Below are positions 9,318-17,886 of a stretch of DNA of 64,000 nt, piece by piece. A program made the translations under genes and the position numbers. The first letter of the stretch is position 1; each line of letters starts with the position of its first letter. Origin of the DNA: an uncultured Actinomycetota bacterium (GTDB lineage Bacteria; Actinomycetota; Actinomycetes; Streptosporangiales; Streptosporangiaceae); contig CAWHZU010000023.1 in NCBI GenBank assembly GCA_963833885.1, positions 56,935 to 120,934 on the forward strand, read 5' to 3'. The notes below the pieces were generated by a model. That model did no database searches and was not told the DNA's origin. It saw nothing but the letters and a program-made list of their open reading frames with translations.

Positions 9318-9938
9318 TCAGGCCCGGATCTGCTCACGGACGGCGGCAGTCACCTGCTCCGCCCGGGCGATGATGTCGTCCGTCTTGTCCGCGTCGGCGA
9401 TCATCTCCAGGCTGGTCTGCTCGTCCGCGATCCCGGCGAGGTTGATCTCCACGTTGACCCTGGCGGTGGCGGCGGCGGCACGGGCGGCCTCGGCTGCCCC
9501 GGCCACGTCGCTGAGCACGTTGCGGTTGCCGACCGTGACCAGCGCGCTGGCGAGGTCGATCACCATGCCGGCGACGCCGATCAGTTTGGCCGGCGGCCAC
9601 GTCGCGTTCGCCAGGGCCTTGGCGATGGCCTCGGAGCGTTCTTCCCGCTCGGCGTCGGTGGCCTTCGGCATCCGGTAGGCACTGGCCACGCCGGCGAACG
9701 CCTCGGCGTCCGCCTCGCCGAGCCGGAGCGCGATCGCGCGCAGCTCGTCGGCCTCGGTGATGATGCGCTCGATTGTCGCCCGGTGCTCGGCGTACTCCTC
9801 GCCCGTGCTGAACCGGGCCACCATCGCGAGCAGGGCCGCGCCCTGCGCGGTCTGCAGGGCCGCCGACGCACCCCCGCCCGGGGCCGGCACCCGGTCGGCG
9901 AGCCGGTCAAGAAAATCGCCGATCGTCTCGTCGCGCAT
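9318..9938 (-). CDS. Formiminotransferase-cyclodeaminase / methenyl-THF cyclohydrolase domain protein (FTCD_C)
   Basis: 206 aa all-alpha protein. IGDFLDRLADRVPAPGGGASAALQTAQGAALLAMVARFS matches the cyclodeaminase/cyclohydrolase N-terminal motif. Confidence 0.75.
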   Translation of the reverse strand: MRDETIGDFLDRLADRVPAPGGGASAALQTAQGAALLAMVARFSTGEEYAEHRATIERIITEADELRAIALRLGEADAEAFAGVASAYRMPKATDAEREERSEAIAKALANATWPPAKLIGVAGMVIDLASALVTVGNRNVLSDVAGAAEAARAAAATARVNVEINLAGIADEQTSLEMIADADKTDDIIARAEQVTAAVREQIRA

Positions 9939-10023
9939 GAGCAGTCATCCTCCGGATCGAGCGGGCAGATCCGCTCGCGCGAAGATTTTCCCACAAGACC
10001 CGGCTCATCGGGCGGGCACGCGA

Positions 10024-10056
10024 CGCCCGCCCGGCCATGGCGCGGCCGGGCGGGCG
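10024..10056 (-). terminator. GC-rich hairpin (13 bp perfect stem) downstream of the sigma/anti-sigma operon
   Basis: CGCCCGCCCGGCC-atggcgc-GGCCGGGCGGGCG. No U-tract, as is common for actinomycete terminators. Confidence 0.35.
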
Positions 10057-10080
10057 GGCTGCTTGCCAGCGCGCGGCTGC

Positions 10081-11061
10081 CTACTGGTCGGCCACGGAGC
10101 TCACCTGCTGGAATCCCGGTGGGATGGTCACCATGGTCATGGCGATGTTGGCCTTCGTCGGCGGCAGCCACCGCACGTCCGTCACGGACGACGAGGTGTA
10201 GCTGCCGGCGCTGCCGCCAAATGTCTCCGTCGACCCGTACATCCGCACTGGCAGGTAGGTCGTCGGGTTCACGTACAGGGTCCACCGCGCCGTTGCCCAC
10301 TTCGCGTGCACGGTCTTGGCGTACCCAGGCGACAGCTTGACCGTGACCGGCTTGCCGGTGATCCGTATGGTCTCCACCCCGCCGATCAGCACGTGCCCGG
10401 TCACGCTCGCGGCCCCGCACGCCAGCGTCGCATTGATGAACGCCGACCAGCGGGTGGTCGGGATCAGCGGGGCACCCATCGACAGTGCGGCGTTCGTCGA
10501 GCACGCGCTGGCCGGCTGCGACCGCAGCGGCGACAGGCTGTACTTGTGGTCGAAGTACGTGACGTAGGCGCCGACGAGCTTCCCGCCGACCAGCGCGGTT
10601 CCCTGGGCCAGGTAGGGCAGCCCGCGGTCCTGCGGCGGGAAGTCCCACAACCGCTTCCCATTCACCACCCGGTCACGGTAGTCAGCAGTCGGCGAGTACT
10701 CCTCGAACCGGTTCCTGGAGCGGTACGCCCAGGTGACGGTGTTTCCCCAGTTCTTGCTGTTCGAGTGGCCGAAGAACACCAGGTTCTCGCCCGCCAGCGC
10801 GTTCTCGACCCGCTTGGTCACGTACGCGGCCGTGCGGGCCTGGGCCGCGCCGCTCCCGGCGCTCCCGTCTGTCGCGGCGAAGGTCACGCCGGCCGCGATC
10901 GCGGCCGCCGCCCCGCACGCCACCGTGGCGCGGGCCGCCAGCCGCCGCCGGTGCTGCCGGTGCAGCCGCCCGGCCCGGCCGGCCAGCCCCACTGGGGCGT
11001 GCACCTCGGTGGTGAACCGCTCCATGCCGTCCCGCAGCAGGTCCTCAACATCTGTGTTCAT
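10081..11061 (-). CDS. Putative anti-sigma factor / membrane protein cotranscribed with the ECF sigma
   Basis: Start ATGA-overlaps the sigma stop. Short cytoplasmic N-terminus, one Ala-rich TM (VACGAAAAIAAGVTFAA), large extracytoplasmic C-terminal domain. Confidence 0.6.
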   Translation of the reverse strand: MNTDVEDLLRDGMERFTTEVHAPVGLAGRAGRLHRQHRRRLAARATVACGAAAAIAAGVTFAATDGSAGSGAAQARTAAYVTKRVENALAGENLVFFGHSNSKNWGNTVTWAYRSRNRFEEYSPTADYRDRVVNGKRLWDFPPQDRGLPYLAQGTALVGGKLVGAYVTYFDHKYSLSPLRSQPASACSTNAALSMGAPLIPTTRWSAFINATLACGAASVTGHVLIGGVETIRITGKPVTVKLSPGYAKTVHAKWATARWTLYVNPTTYLPVRMYGSTETFGGSAGSYTSSSVTDVRWLPPTKANIAMTMVTIPPGFQQVSSVADQ

Positions 11062-11585
11062 GCTCGTTCCCCGTTCAGCTGTGGTTCTGTGTTCTGCCAG
11101 TCGTCGGCGAGCTCCCGCAGGCGCCGCAGCCCGCGCGACGCGGCCGACTTGACCGTGCCCTCCGGCCAGCCGAGCACCGCCGCCGTCTCGGCCTCGGTCA
11201 GCTGCTCCCAGTACCTGAGCACCAGCACCGCGCGCTGCCGCGGCGGCAACTGGAGCAGCAGGCGGACTAACGCGTCGCGCAGGTCCACCTCGGCGATCGG
11301 GTCGGCGGGCGGCGGCGCGGCCGCGCGGAGCAGCAGCAGCTTGCGCTGCAGCCTGCCCTGCCGCCGGAAGCCGTCGGCGGCCAGGTTGTAGAGCGTCCGC
11401 CGCAGGTAGCCCTCGGGGTCGCCGTCGAACCTGCGCCAGTGCCGCAGCAGCCGCTCCAGCGCGGTCTGCAGCAGGTCCTGGCCGGCCTCCCGGCTGCCGG
11501 TGAGCAGCACGGCGGTGCGCATCAGCCGGTCGGCCCGCTCGGCGAGGAAGCGCTCAAGCTCCCCGACCGCTCGGTCATCTGCCAT
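11058..11585 (-). CDS. ECF-type RNA polymerase sigma-70 factor
   Basis: Region 2 (LLQTALERLLRHWRRFD...YLRRTLYNLAADGFRR) and region 4 (LPPRQRAVLVLRYWEQLTEAETAAVLGWPEGTVKSAASRGLRRLR). AAAGGAGGA RBS before the ATG. Confidence 0.9.
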   Translation of the reverse strand: MADDRAVGELERFLAERADRLMRTAVLLTGSREAGQDLLQTALERLLRHWRRFDGDPEGYLRRTLYNLAADGFRRQGRLQRKLLLLRAAAPPPADPIAEVDLRDALVRLLLQLPPRQRAVLVLRYWEQLTEAETAAVLGWPEGTVKSAASRGLRRLRELADDWQNTEPQLNGERA

Positions 11586-11610
11586 TGGCTGTCCTCCTTT
11601 CGCCCATCAA

Positions 11611-11636
11611 GCACGAAGGAGCCGGCCCGCGCGTTC
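11611..11636 (-). promoter_or_regulatory. ECF-type promoter GGAAC-N17-CGTG upstream of the sigma factor gene (likely autoregulatory)
   Basis: Minus-strand sequence GGAACgcgcgggccggctccttCGTG lies about 26 nt upstream of the sigma start. Confidence 0.45.
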
Positions 11637-11690
11637 CGCCGGGGATCGGAATTACCGCCTTTTACGCAACGCCATCCGCCACCCCGGCAG

Positions 11691-13133
11691 CTACCGCCGG
11701 TGCCGCACGCCCAGATCGGCGAGGGCCGTCCGGGCAGCCCAGGCGCCGCACATGCCGTGCACGCCGCCGCCGGGCGGGGTCGATGCGGAGCAGAGGTAGA
11801 CGCCGGGCAGCGCGGTGCGGTACGGGTTCCACCGCGGTGTGGGGCGCAGCACGGTCTGCCACAGCGTGCTGGCCCCGCCGCTGATGTCGCCGCCGACGTA
11901 GTTGGGGTTGTACTGCTCCATCTCGGTGGCGGTGCGGACCGACCTGGCCAGGATCAGGTCGCGGAAGCCGGGCGCGAACCGCTCGATCTGCGCCTCGATG
12001 CGGGCGGACATGTCCACGTCCGAACCGCGCGGCACGTGGCAGTACCCCCACAGCGTCTGCTGCCCGGCCGGGGCCCGGCTGGGATCGACCACGCCCGCCT
12101 GGGCGATCAGGCAGAACGGGCGCTCCGGGTGACGTCCGGCTGCCACGTCGGCCTCGGACGCCGCTACCTCGGCGAACGTGCCGCCCACGTGTACGGTGCC
12201 AGCCTCCCGGCAGGCGGGGGCCTGCCAGGGCACCGACCCGCTGAGCGCCCAGTCGACCTTGCAGACGCCGGGGCCATACCGGAACCGCTGGAGCGCCCGC
12301 CGCGACCTGGCCGGGAGCCGGTCGCCCGCGAGCGCGACGAACTGGCGCGGGGTCACATCCAGCAGCACCGCACGTGCCTTTGGCAGGTCGCGGAGCGACG
12401 TGACCCAGCGGCCGGTCTCCATCCGGCCGCCCAGCGAGGTGAGCTCGGTGACCAGCGCGTCGGTCAGCCTGGCGCTGCCACCCTCGACAAAGGGCCAGCC
12501 AACCGAGTGCGCGATCATCAGGAACAGCAGGCCGAAGGAGCTGGTCAGCGGCTTATTGAGCGGAAGCATCGTGTGCGCGGCCGCGCCCGCGAGCAGGCTC
12601 TTTGCCTCATCCCCGCGGAACCGCCGGGCCAGCACGCTGGCTGGCAGCAGGCCCTCGGTGCCGAACCTGGCCATCGCCAGCGGGTGGGCGGGAAGCGTGC
12701 GCCCCAGCGGCCCGAGCACCGTGGGCAGGATCAGTGGCAGGTCCTGCGCCAGCGGCCCGAGCAGCCGCCGGTACGTGCGCGCGTCGGGCCCGAGCTCCGC
12801 GGCGGTCTCGTCGACCGACCCGGCGGCGGCTACGGCACGGCCGCCGTCCAGCGGCTGGGCGAAGGCCACCTTCGGGGTCAGCAGCCTGACCCCGAAGGTG
12901 GCCAGGTCCGTGCCGGCAAAGAATGGCGAGGCGCTGGCCAGCGGGTGCACCGCCGAGCAGACGTCGTGCCAGAACCCCGGCAGCGTCAGTTCCTCGGTCC
13001 TGCAGCCGCCGCCCGGCGTGCCCGCTCCGTCGATGACGTGCACGGACAGGCCGGCCCTGGCCATGGTCAGCGCGGCGGCGAGCCCGTTCGGCCCGGAACC
13101 GACCACCACCGCGTCAACGCCGTCAGAGCTCAA
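11691..13133 (-). CDS. Phytoene desaturase-family NAD(P)/FAD-dependent oxidoreductase (CrtI-like)
   Basis: N-terminal dinucleotide fold DAVVVGSGPNGLAAALTMARAGLSVHVIDG. 480 aa CrtI/amine-oxidase-like architecture. Confidence 0.8.
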   Translation of the reverse strand: MSSDGVDAVVVGSGPNGLAAALTMARAGLSVHVIDGAGTPGGGCRTEELTLPGFWHDVCSAVHPLASASPFFAGTDLATFGVRLLTPKVAFAQPLDGGRAVAAAGSVDETAAELGPDARTYRRLLGPLAQDLPLILPTVLGPLGRTLPAHPLAMARFGTEGLLPASVLARRFRGDEAKSLLAGAAAHTMLPLNKPLTSSFGLLFLMIAHSVGWPFVEGGSARLTDALVTELTSLGGRMETGRWVTSLRDLPKARAVLLDVTPRQFVALAGDRLPARSRRALQRFRYGPGVCKVDWALSGSVPWQAPACREAGTVHVGGTFAEVAASEADVAAGRHPERPFCLIAQAGVVDPSRAPAGQQTLWGYCHVPRGSDVDMSARIEAQIERFAPGFRDLILARSVRTATEMEQYNPNYVGGDISGGASTLWQTVLRPTPRWNPYRTALPGVYLCSASTPPGGGVHGMCGAWAARTALADLGVRHRR

Positions 13134-14058
13134 AGATCTCGCCCTCCGCGGCCACTATCACTTCGGGCTGGGCGGGACGGCCCGGCACCTCGCCCGGGAC
13201 CCCGGCGACCCGGCTCGCCACGTCGCCCGGGACCCCGGCGACCCGGCTGGCCACCTCGCCCCGGATTCCCGCGACCCGGCTGGCCACCTCGTCGAGCGCG
13301 GCGTCGGTGCGGCCCGGCTTGTGATGGGTCAGCACGACCCGCCGCGCCCCGGCCCGCCGGCCGAGCCCGATCGCGTAGTCGATCGCCGCGTGCCCGAAGA
13401 ACGCCTCGGCGGGGACCTCGTCGGCGAGCAGGAACGCGTCGTGCAGCAGCACGTCGGCGTCGCTGGCGAGCTCGAGCGCGGCGGCGTGGTACTCGCCCCA
13501 CCCCTCGGGCCCCGGCCCGAGGGCCGTGGGGCAGTGGTCGGGCAGGTACGCGATCACGCTGGACCCGTCGCTGACCCGGTAGCCGAGCGTCGCGCCGCCC
13601 TTGTGCGGTATCGCCCGGGCCTCGATCGTGAAGCCCTCGGCCTTCAGCTGCCCGGGCGCCACCGTGCCGAAGGTCCACGCGCCGCGCAGCTCGCTCGGCC
13701 CGATCGGGAAGTGCGGCGGCGACATGCCCTTGGCCAGCGCCTGCTCCGCGGTGGCGCCGTCCTCCTGCTCGGGCAGCAGCAGGCTGACCCGCGATCCCTC
13801 CCGGTCCCCGCCGGTGAAGAACGGCAGCCCGTGCACATGATCCCAGTGCAGGTGGGTGAGCAGGATCGTGCCGTCGAACGGCTGGCCGCCGAGCAGGGGC
13901 GTGACCTGACGCAGGCCGGTGCCCGCGTCCAGGACCAGCGTCGGCCTGGCATCGTCGTCGTGCGCGATGGCCACGCAGGAGGTGTGCCCGCCGTAGCGAA
14001 GGAAGTCGGCGCCGGGCGCCGGGGTCGAGCCGCGGACCCCACAGAGATACAGACGCAC
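13123..14058 (-). CDS. MBL-fold metallo-hydrolase with C-terminal 11-residue tandem repeats
   Basis: HLHWDHVHG (HxHxDH) zinc motif. C-terminus EVASRVAGIRG-EVASRVAGVPG-DVASRVAGVPG-EVPG. Confidence 0.8.
   Translation of the reverse strand: MRLYLCGVRGSTPAPGADFLRYGGHTSCVAIAHDDDARPTLVLDAGTGLRQVTPLLGGQPFDGTILLTHLHWDHVHGLPFFTGGDREGSRVSLLLPEQEDGATAEQALAKGMSPPHFPIGPSELRGAWTFGTVAPGQLKAEGFTIEARAIPHKGGATLGYRVSDGSSVIAYLPDHCPTALGPGPEGWGEYHAAALELASDADVLLHDAFLLADEVPAEAFFGHAAIDYAIGLGRRAGARRVVLTHHKPGRTDAALDEVASRVAGIRGEVASRVAGVPGDVASRVAGVPGEVPGRPAQPEVIVAAEGEIFEL
13174..13290. repeat. 33-bp in-frame tandem repeat (about 3.3 copies) inside the MBL hydrolase gene
   Basis: GACCCGGCT anchor recurs at 13207, 13240 and 13273 (period 33 bp). 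Confidence 0.7.
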
Positions 14059-14068
14059 TCCGTCGATC

Positions 14069-15085
14069 CTATGCCTGGCTCCGGACCTGCCCCGCGTCTT
14101 CCCTTCGGTGCCCGCCGGACAGTTCTTCCAGCGCCTGCCGGTCGAACTGGTCGGCGCCGACCGAGGCCGCCTTGCACGGGGTGACCGCCACCAGCGTCGC
14201 GGTCCGGGTGCCGCCCTCGAGGTGGGCTCGCTCCCCCAGCATGGCGCCGGGCCCGCACTCGGCCAGCCGCTCCCCGTCCCGTTCCACCCGGATCACGCCG
14301 TCGAGCAGCAGGTAGACGTCGGTCCCCGGCTCCCCCTGGCGCGCTAGCACGTCCCCCGCCGCCAGGCGGCGGATCGTGGGCTTGCCCTCGCCGTGCATGA
14401 GCTGGACGGACAGTTCCCGCTCCAGCGCCGTCCCCACGGCGGTCACCAGGGCCTTGGACTCCTCGTCGCCCCACGGGGTGTGCCGCCCGAACGACCTGCG
14501 GTACCAGTCGGCGAAGTCGGTCAGCCCGGTTTTGTGCGAGAGCACGCCCTTGGCGTCGTAGATCCAGTGCCGCGGGAACGGGCTGGCGCCGACCACCTCG
14601 GACTCGGCCGTCCCGTCCGCGTGCAGGGTCAGCGACAGCGTGCTCCACACCAGCGGTGCCTGCCACTGTACGAACGGCTTGCGGCGCACCCGCCGCGGCG
14701 CTGGCAGCCCGGTCCGGCCCCCGACGGTCTGCACGAACCGGACCCACCCGTCGCCGCGTTCCGGCTCCCGCTGGATGTCGGGGAGCTGGACCGCCTGGAA
14801 CCGGTAGCTCAGCATGCCGAGCCGGACGGTGGTCGAGCCCATCATGCCGCCGCCGTCGTAGCCGCAGCCGGTGACGGCGCCCGAGGCGTCGACCTCGACC
14901 CAGGCCCGCAGCACGTTCGCGAACCGGAACTTGTCGGTGGCGCGGAGCGCCTCGAGGTCGTCGATCCGGTCCGGCGGCGGGTCGTCGTAGTGCGTGAACC
15001 CGGCGTCGAAGGCCGCACGGGTTCCCCCGGTCACAGCTTCCGACGGAATCCAGGAAAGGGAGGTGATGCAGCTTTCGTATCGCAT
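14069..15085 (-). CDS. Cyclic-nucleotide-binding (CAP_ED) domain protein with an uncharacterised about 230 aa N-terminal domain
   Basis: C-terminus LAAGDVLARQGEPGTDVYLLLDGVIRVERDGERLAECGPGAMLGERAHLEGGTRTATLVAV is a cNMP-binding beta-barrel with the phosphate-binding cassette (GERA). Internal start MRYESC chosen because the upstream ORF extension is Arg-rich junk. Confidence 0.7.
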   Translation of the reverse strand: MRYESCITSLSWIPSEAVTGGTRAAFDAGFTHYDDPPPDRIDDLEALRATDKFRFANVLRAWVEVDASGAVTGCGYDGGGMMGSTTVRLGMLSYRFQAVQLPDIQREPERGDGWVRFVQTVGGRTGLPAPRRVRRKPFVQWQAPLVWSTLSLTLHADGTAESEVVGASPFPRHWIYDAKGVLSHKTGLTDFADWYRRSFGRHTPWGDEESKALVTAVGTALERELSVQLMHGEGKPTIRRLAAGDVLARQGEPGTDVYLLLDGVIRVERDGERLAECGPGAMLGERAHLEGGTRTATLVAVTPCKAASVGADQFDRQALEELSGGHRREDAGQVRSQA

Positions 15086-15186
15086 ACCCTCATCGTCGCG
15101 CCACAGCGGTGCCGCAGGCCAGGATGGTGCCAGGCGTCTCCTGGTGTGCCTACCACCACGGGCGCGGCTGCTGGTACCCGCCGGGT

Positions 15187-17712
15187 TCATTCGGCGCGGA
15201 GCGCGAGTGCCGGCGGGGTGCGGGCGGCGCTGCGGCCCGGCATCGCCGCCGCCAGGTTGGCGAGCAGGATCGTGCCGAGCGCGACCAGCGTCAGCGCCCC
15301 GGCCGACACGGCCGGGGCGGGCACCGCGTAGATCTGCCGGGCGAACAGGGTCCACAGGAACCGGCCGAGCGCGATGCCGAGCGGCATGCCCACCCCGATC
15401 CCGATGACCGCAGCGACCGACGCCTGCCAGGCCACCGTACCCGCGAGCTGACGCCGGGTGAACCCGAAGGTCTTCAGCACCGCCAGATCCCGCCTGCGCC
15501 GGCGCACCGAGGCGAACAGGGTAAAGGCAAGCCCGGCGAACGCACCCACCGCCAGCCCTCCAGCCAGCAGGTCCGGCGCGGCGCCCATCGAGCGGTAGTT
15601 CGCGATCTGCGCCGGGTGCTGTACCCGGATCACGTTAAGGGTGACGCCCCGGCATGAGCTGCTGGCCGGCAAGGTGGCGGCCGTCCTGGTGACGGCGGTG
15701 GCGACTCGCTGCAGCGACGCGTGGCCGGCCGCGGCCGTCACCCCGGAACGCAGCCGGACCAGGGCCATGGCCGGCGGCCCGTCGCAGCCGGCCGCCATCG
15801 AGCCGAGGATCTGGGCCGAGGCTAGCGCGCCGGTGCCGAGCGAGCTGTGCAGCCCCTGGGACAGCCCGACCGTCGGCATCGTGGCCGTGCCCACGATGAC
15901 CAGACGGGCATGCACGAAGCTGCCGACGCTCGCGGTCACCGTGCCGCCGAGGCGTTGGTGAAGTTGCGCGAGGGTGGCCTGCCCGAGGACGATCTGGTCG
16001 CGGCCGTCAACAGGATGCCCGGACAGGATCGGCGGGGCGACCGTTGCGCGCGGACGGCCGAACAGCAGGGGCACGGCCTGGCCGTCCACGTTGGCGGAGG
16101 CAAACCAGATTAGGGTCCAGGCTGCGACCTCCGGGTCGCTCCGCATCCGGCTCGCCAGCTGTGATTGCGGCACCGTGGCGTAGCCTCCGTCGGCCGAAAT
16201 GCCGTAGGACCAGTTCCACCCGTACAGCGCGGGATGTGAGACCAGCGTGGCCAGGCTGCTGCCGAAGGTGAGCGTGGCCACCACCATGAGCACGGCCAGC
16301 ACGGCTCCCGTTATGGCCGAGCGGGCCGGGACCGCGCCGCGGCCGCGGCCGGGGTCAAACGCGAAGTCGATGCCCGCAACCGCCGCCGCGGGCAAGCCGG
16401 AAGCCGCGGCCAGCCGCGCCGGGCCCGAACCCGCGGCGCCGCGCGCAGACGTCACGGGAGCGGGGCGCCGCACGGCCCGGCGGCCGAGCAGGACGGCCAG
16501 CGCGGCGAGGATGCCGGCCAGGACAAGGAAGCCGGGCCCGAGTACGGTCCAGTCCGGCGCGATGCCCGGCGACGGGTACACCGGCCGCACCGGCCCGATC
16601 GGGCCGATCGGGGAGAGGGCGACGGCGACGCCGACTGCGAGCAGCGAGCCCGCGACGACCGCGGCCAGGAGGCCAGTGAGGCTGTCGGCCACGATCATCG
16701 CGGGGCCGGCGCCCAGCGCCCGGAGCACCTGCGCGTCACCGGAGCCCACCCGGATCAGGCGGGCGATGGCCTGCCCGGCGATCACCAGCGCGGCGATGCC
16801 GGCGACCAGCGCGAACGCGGCCAGCGCGATCCAGTCCGGCTCGATGACACTCTGCGCCTGCGCCTCGGTGACGGAGGCGACCTGGTACAAAGCCGTGGCC
16901 GTCTGCCCAAGCTGGCCGTTGATCTCGCTCTCGACCGTTGCGGCGCCCCCGGTTCCGTGGTCGAGCTGCAGCCCGAACCAGGAGATGCCGCTGCCCGTCC
17001 CAGCGCGCAGCAGCTCCCGGCTGAGCGCGGGGGTGAGCAGCAGTAAGCCCTGCTGGCGGTTGATATCGTCCTGGACGATCTCGCTGTTGAAGTCGACCAG
17101 GCCGGTCAGCCGGGCCCGCACCCTGAGCACCGGCCGCACTCGTGCCGTGCCGAACCCAGGCGACTCCGACTGCGCGCTGGTGTAGAAGCCCAGCGGGACG
17201 GTCTCACCCACGTGCAGGCCGAGCAGCCGGGCCGCTTCGGTGTTCAGCACGAACTGGTCCGGGCGGCGCGGGTCGGCCATCTGCCCCTGGGTCACGGCCA
17301 CCCGGTCCTGCGTGAAGTAAAGGCCGTCGACGCTGGCCAGAACCTCCACCCGGAAGCTGTTGAGGAGGCTGGAGTCGGCCGGCGCCCCGCCGGGCCGCAG
17401 CAAGCTGGTAACCGGCTCAAAAGCACTCTCAACCCGTGTCACGTCGGGCAAGTGCCGGACCGTGGCGGCGAACGGCGGCAGCCTTGAGTACGAGATCTGG
17501 CCCACCGCGTTGTACTGGACGATCAGGTCCGAGGGATCGGTACTGGCCACGAACACCGGGAACGACGACTCGGTCCGACGCGCTGCGGCCGCCGACGCCA
17601 GCGCGACACCGCCGACCAGGCCGACCAGGAGTACCAGCGAAAGGTGGCCGCCCCAGCGTCGGCCGAAGGTAGCCCGAAACCGGTACCAGGCCATCCGCAG
17701 CACAGGTCCCAT
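15187..17712 (-). CDS. FtsX/MacB-like ABC transporter permease, paralogue 1 (about 840 aa, duplicated FtsX modules)
   Basis: Conserved N-terminus AWYRFRATFGRRWGGHLSLVLLVGLVGGVALAS. Large extracytoplasmic domains alternate with 4-TM FtsX bundles. 30-45% identical to the three permeases on the opposite strand. Confidence 0.85.
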   Translation of the reverse strand: MGPVLRMAWYRFRATFGRRWGGHLSLVLLVGLVGGVALASAAAARRTESSFPVFVASTDPSDLIVQYNAVGQISYSRLPPFAATVRHLPDVTRVESAFEPVTSLLRPGGAPADSSLLNSFRVEVLASVDGLYFTQDRVAVTQGQMADPRRPDQFVLNTEAARLLGLHVGETVPLGFYTSAQSESPGFGTARVRPVLRVRARLTGLVDFNSEIVQDDINRQQGLLLLTPALSRELLRAGTGSGISWFGLQLDHGTGGAATVESEINGQLGQTATALYQVASVTEAQAQSVIEPDWIALAAFALVAGIAALVIAGQAIARLIRVGSGDAQVLRALGAGPAMIVADSLTGLLAAVVAGSLLAVGVAVALSPIGPIGPVRPVYPSPGIAPDWTVLGPGFLVLAGILAALAVLLGRRAVRRPAPVTSARGAAGSGPARLAAASGLPAAAVAGIDFAFDPGRGRGAVPARSAITGAVLAVLMVVATLTFGSSLATLVSHPALYGWNWSYGISADGGYATVPQSQLASRMRSDPEVAAWTLIWFASANVDGQAVPLLFGRPRATVAPPILSGHPVDGRDQIVLGQATLAQLHQRLGGTVTASVGSFVHARLVIVGTATMPTVGLSQGLHSSLGTGALASAQILGSMAAGCDGPPAMALVRLRSGVTAAAGHASLQRVATAVTRTAATLPASSSCRGVTLNVIRVQHPAQIANYRSMGAAPDLLAGGLAVGAFAGLAFTLFASVRRRRRDLAVLKTFGFTRRQLAGTVAWQASVAAVIGIGVGMPLGIALGRFLWTLFARQIYAVPAPAVSAGALTLVALGTILLANLAAAMPGRSAARTPPALALRAE

Positions 17713-17886
17713 GTTGCATCACCCTCGCCCATGCCCGTCGGCGTCACGGTGTCTCACCGTGTCCGAGACCGGCCGCTACGGCCAGCATGCTGGCTGGCGT
17801 CCGCCGGGTGTGTCAGCACCACCCGTCCCCGGGATGCCGCTGCCAGGTGAGCCGGCAACGGTGTGCTAGTACTACCTCCCCTCTAG

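Noticed and set aside
9939-10080. THF-type riboswitch upstream of the folate-related cyclodeaminase gene
   Set aside because: The conserved THF-riboswitch core is not apparent. The strong hairpin at 10024-10056 is better explained as the terminator of the convergent sigma/anti-sigma operon.
11439-13574. 711 aa plus-strand ORF
   Set aside because: It is antisense to the CrtI-like and MBL genes. The translation is Arg/Gly/Pro-rich junk.
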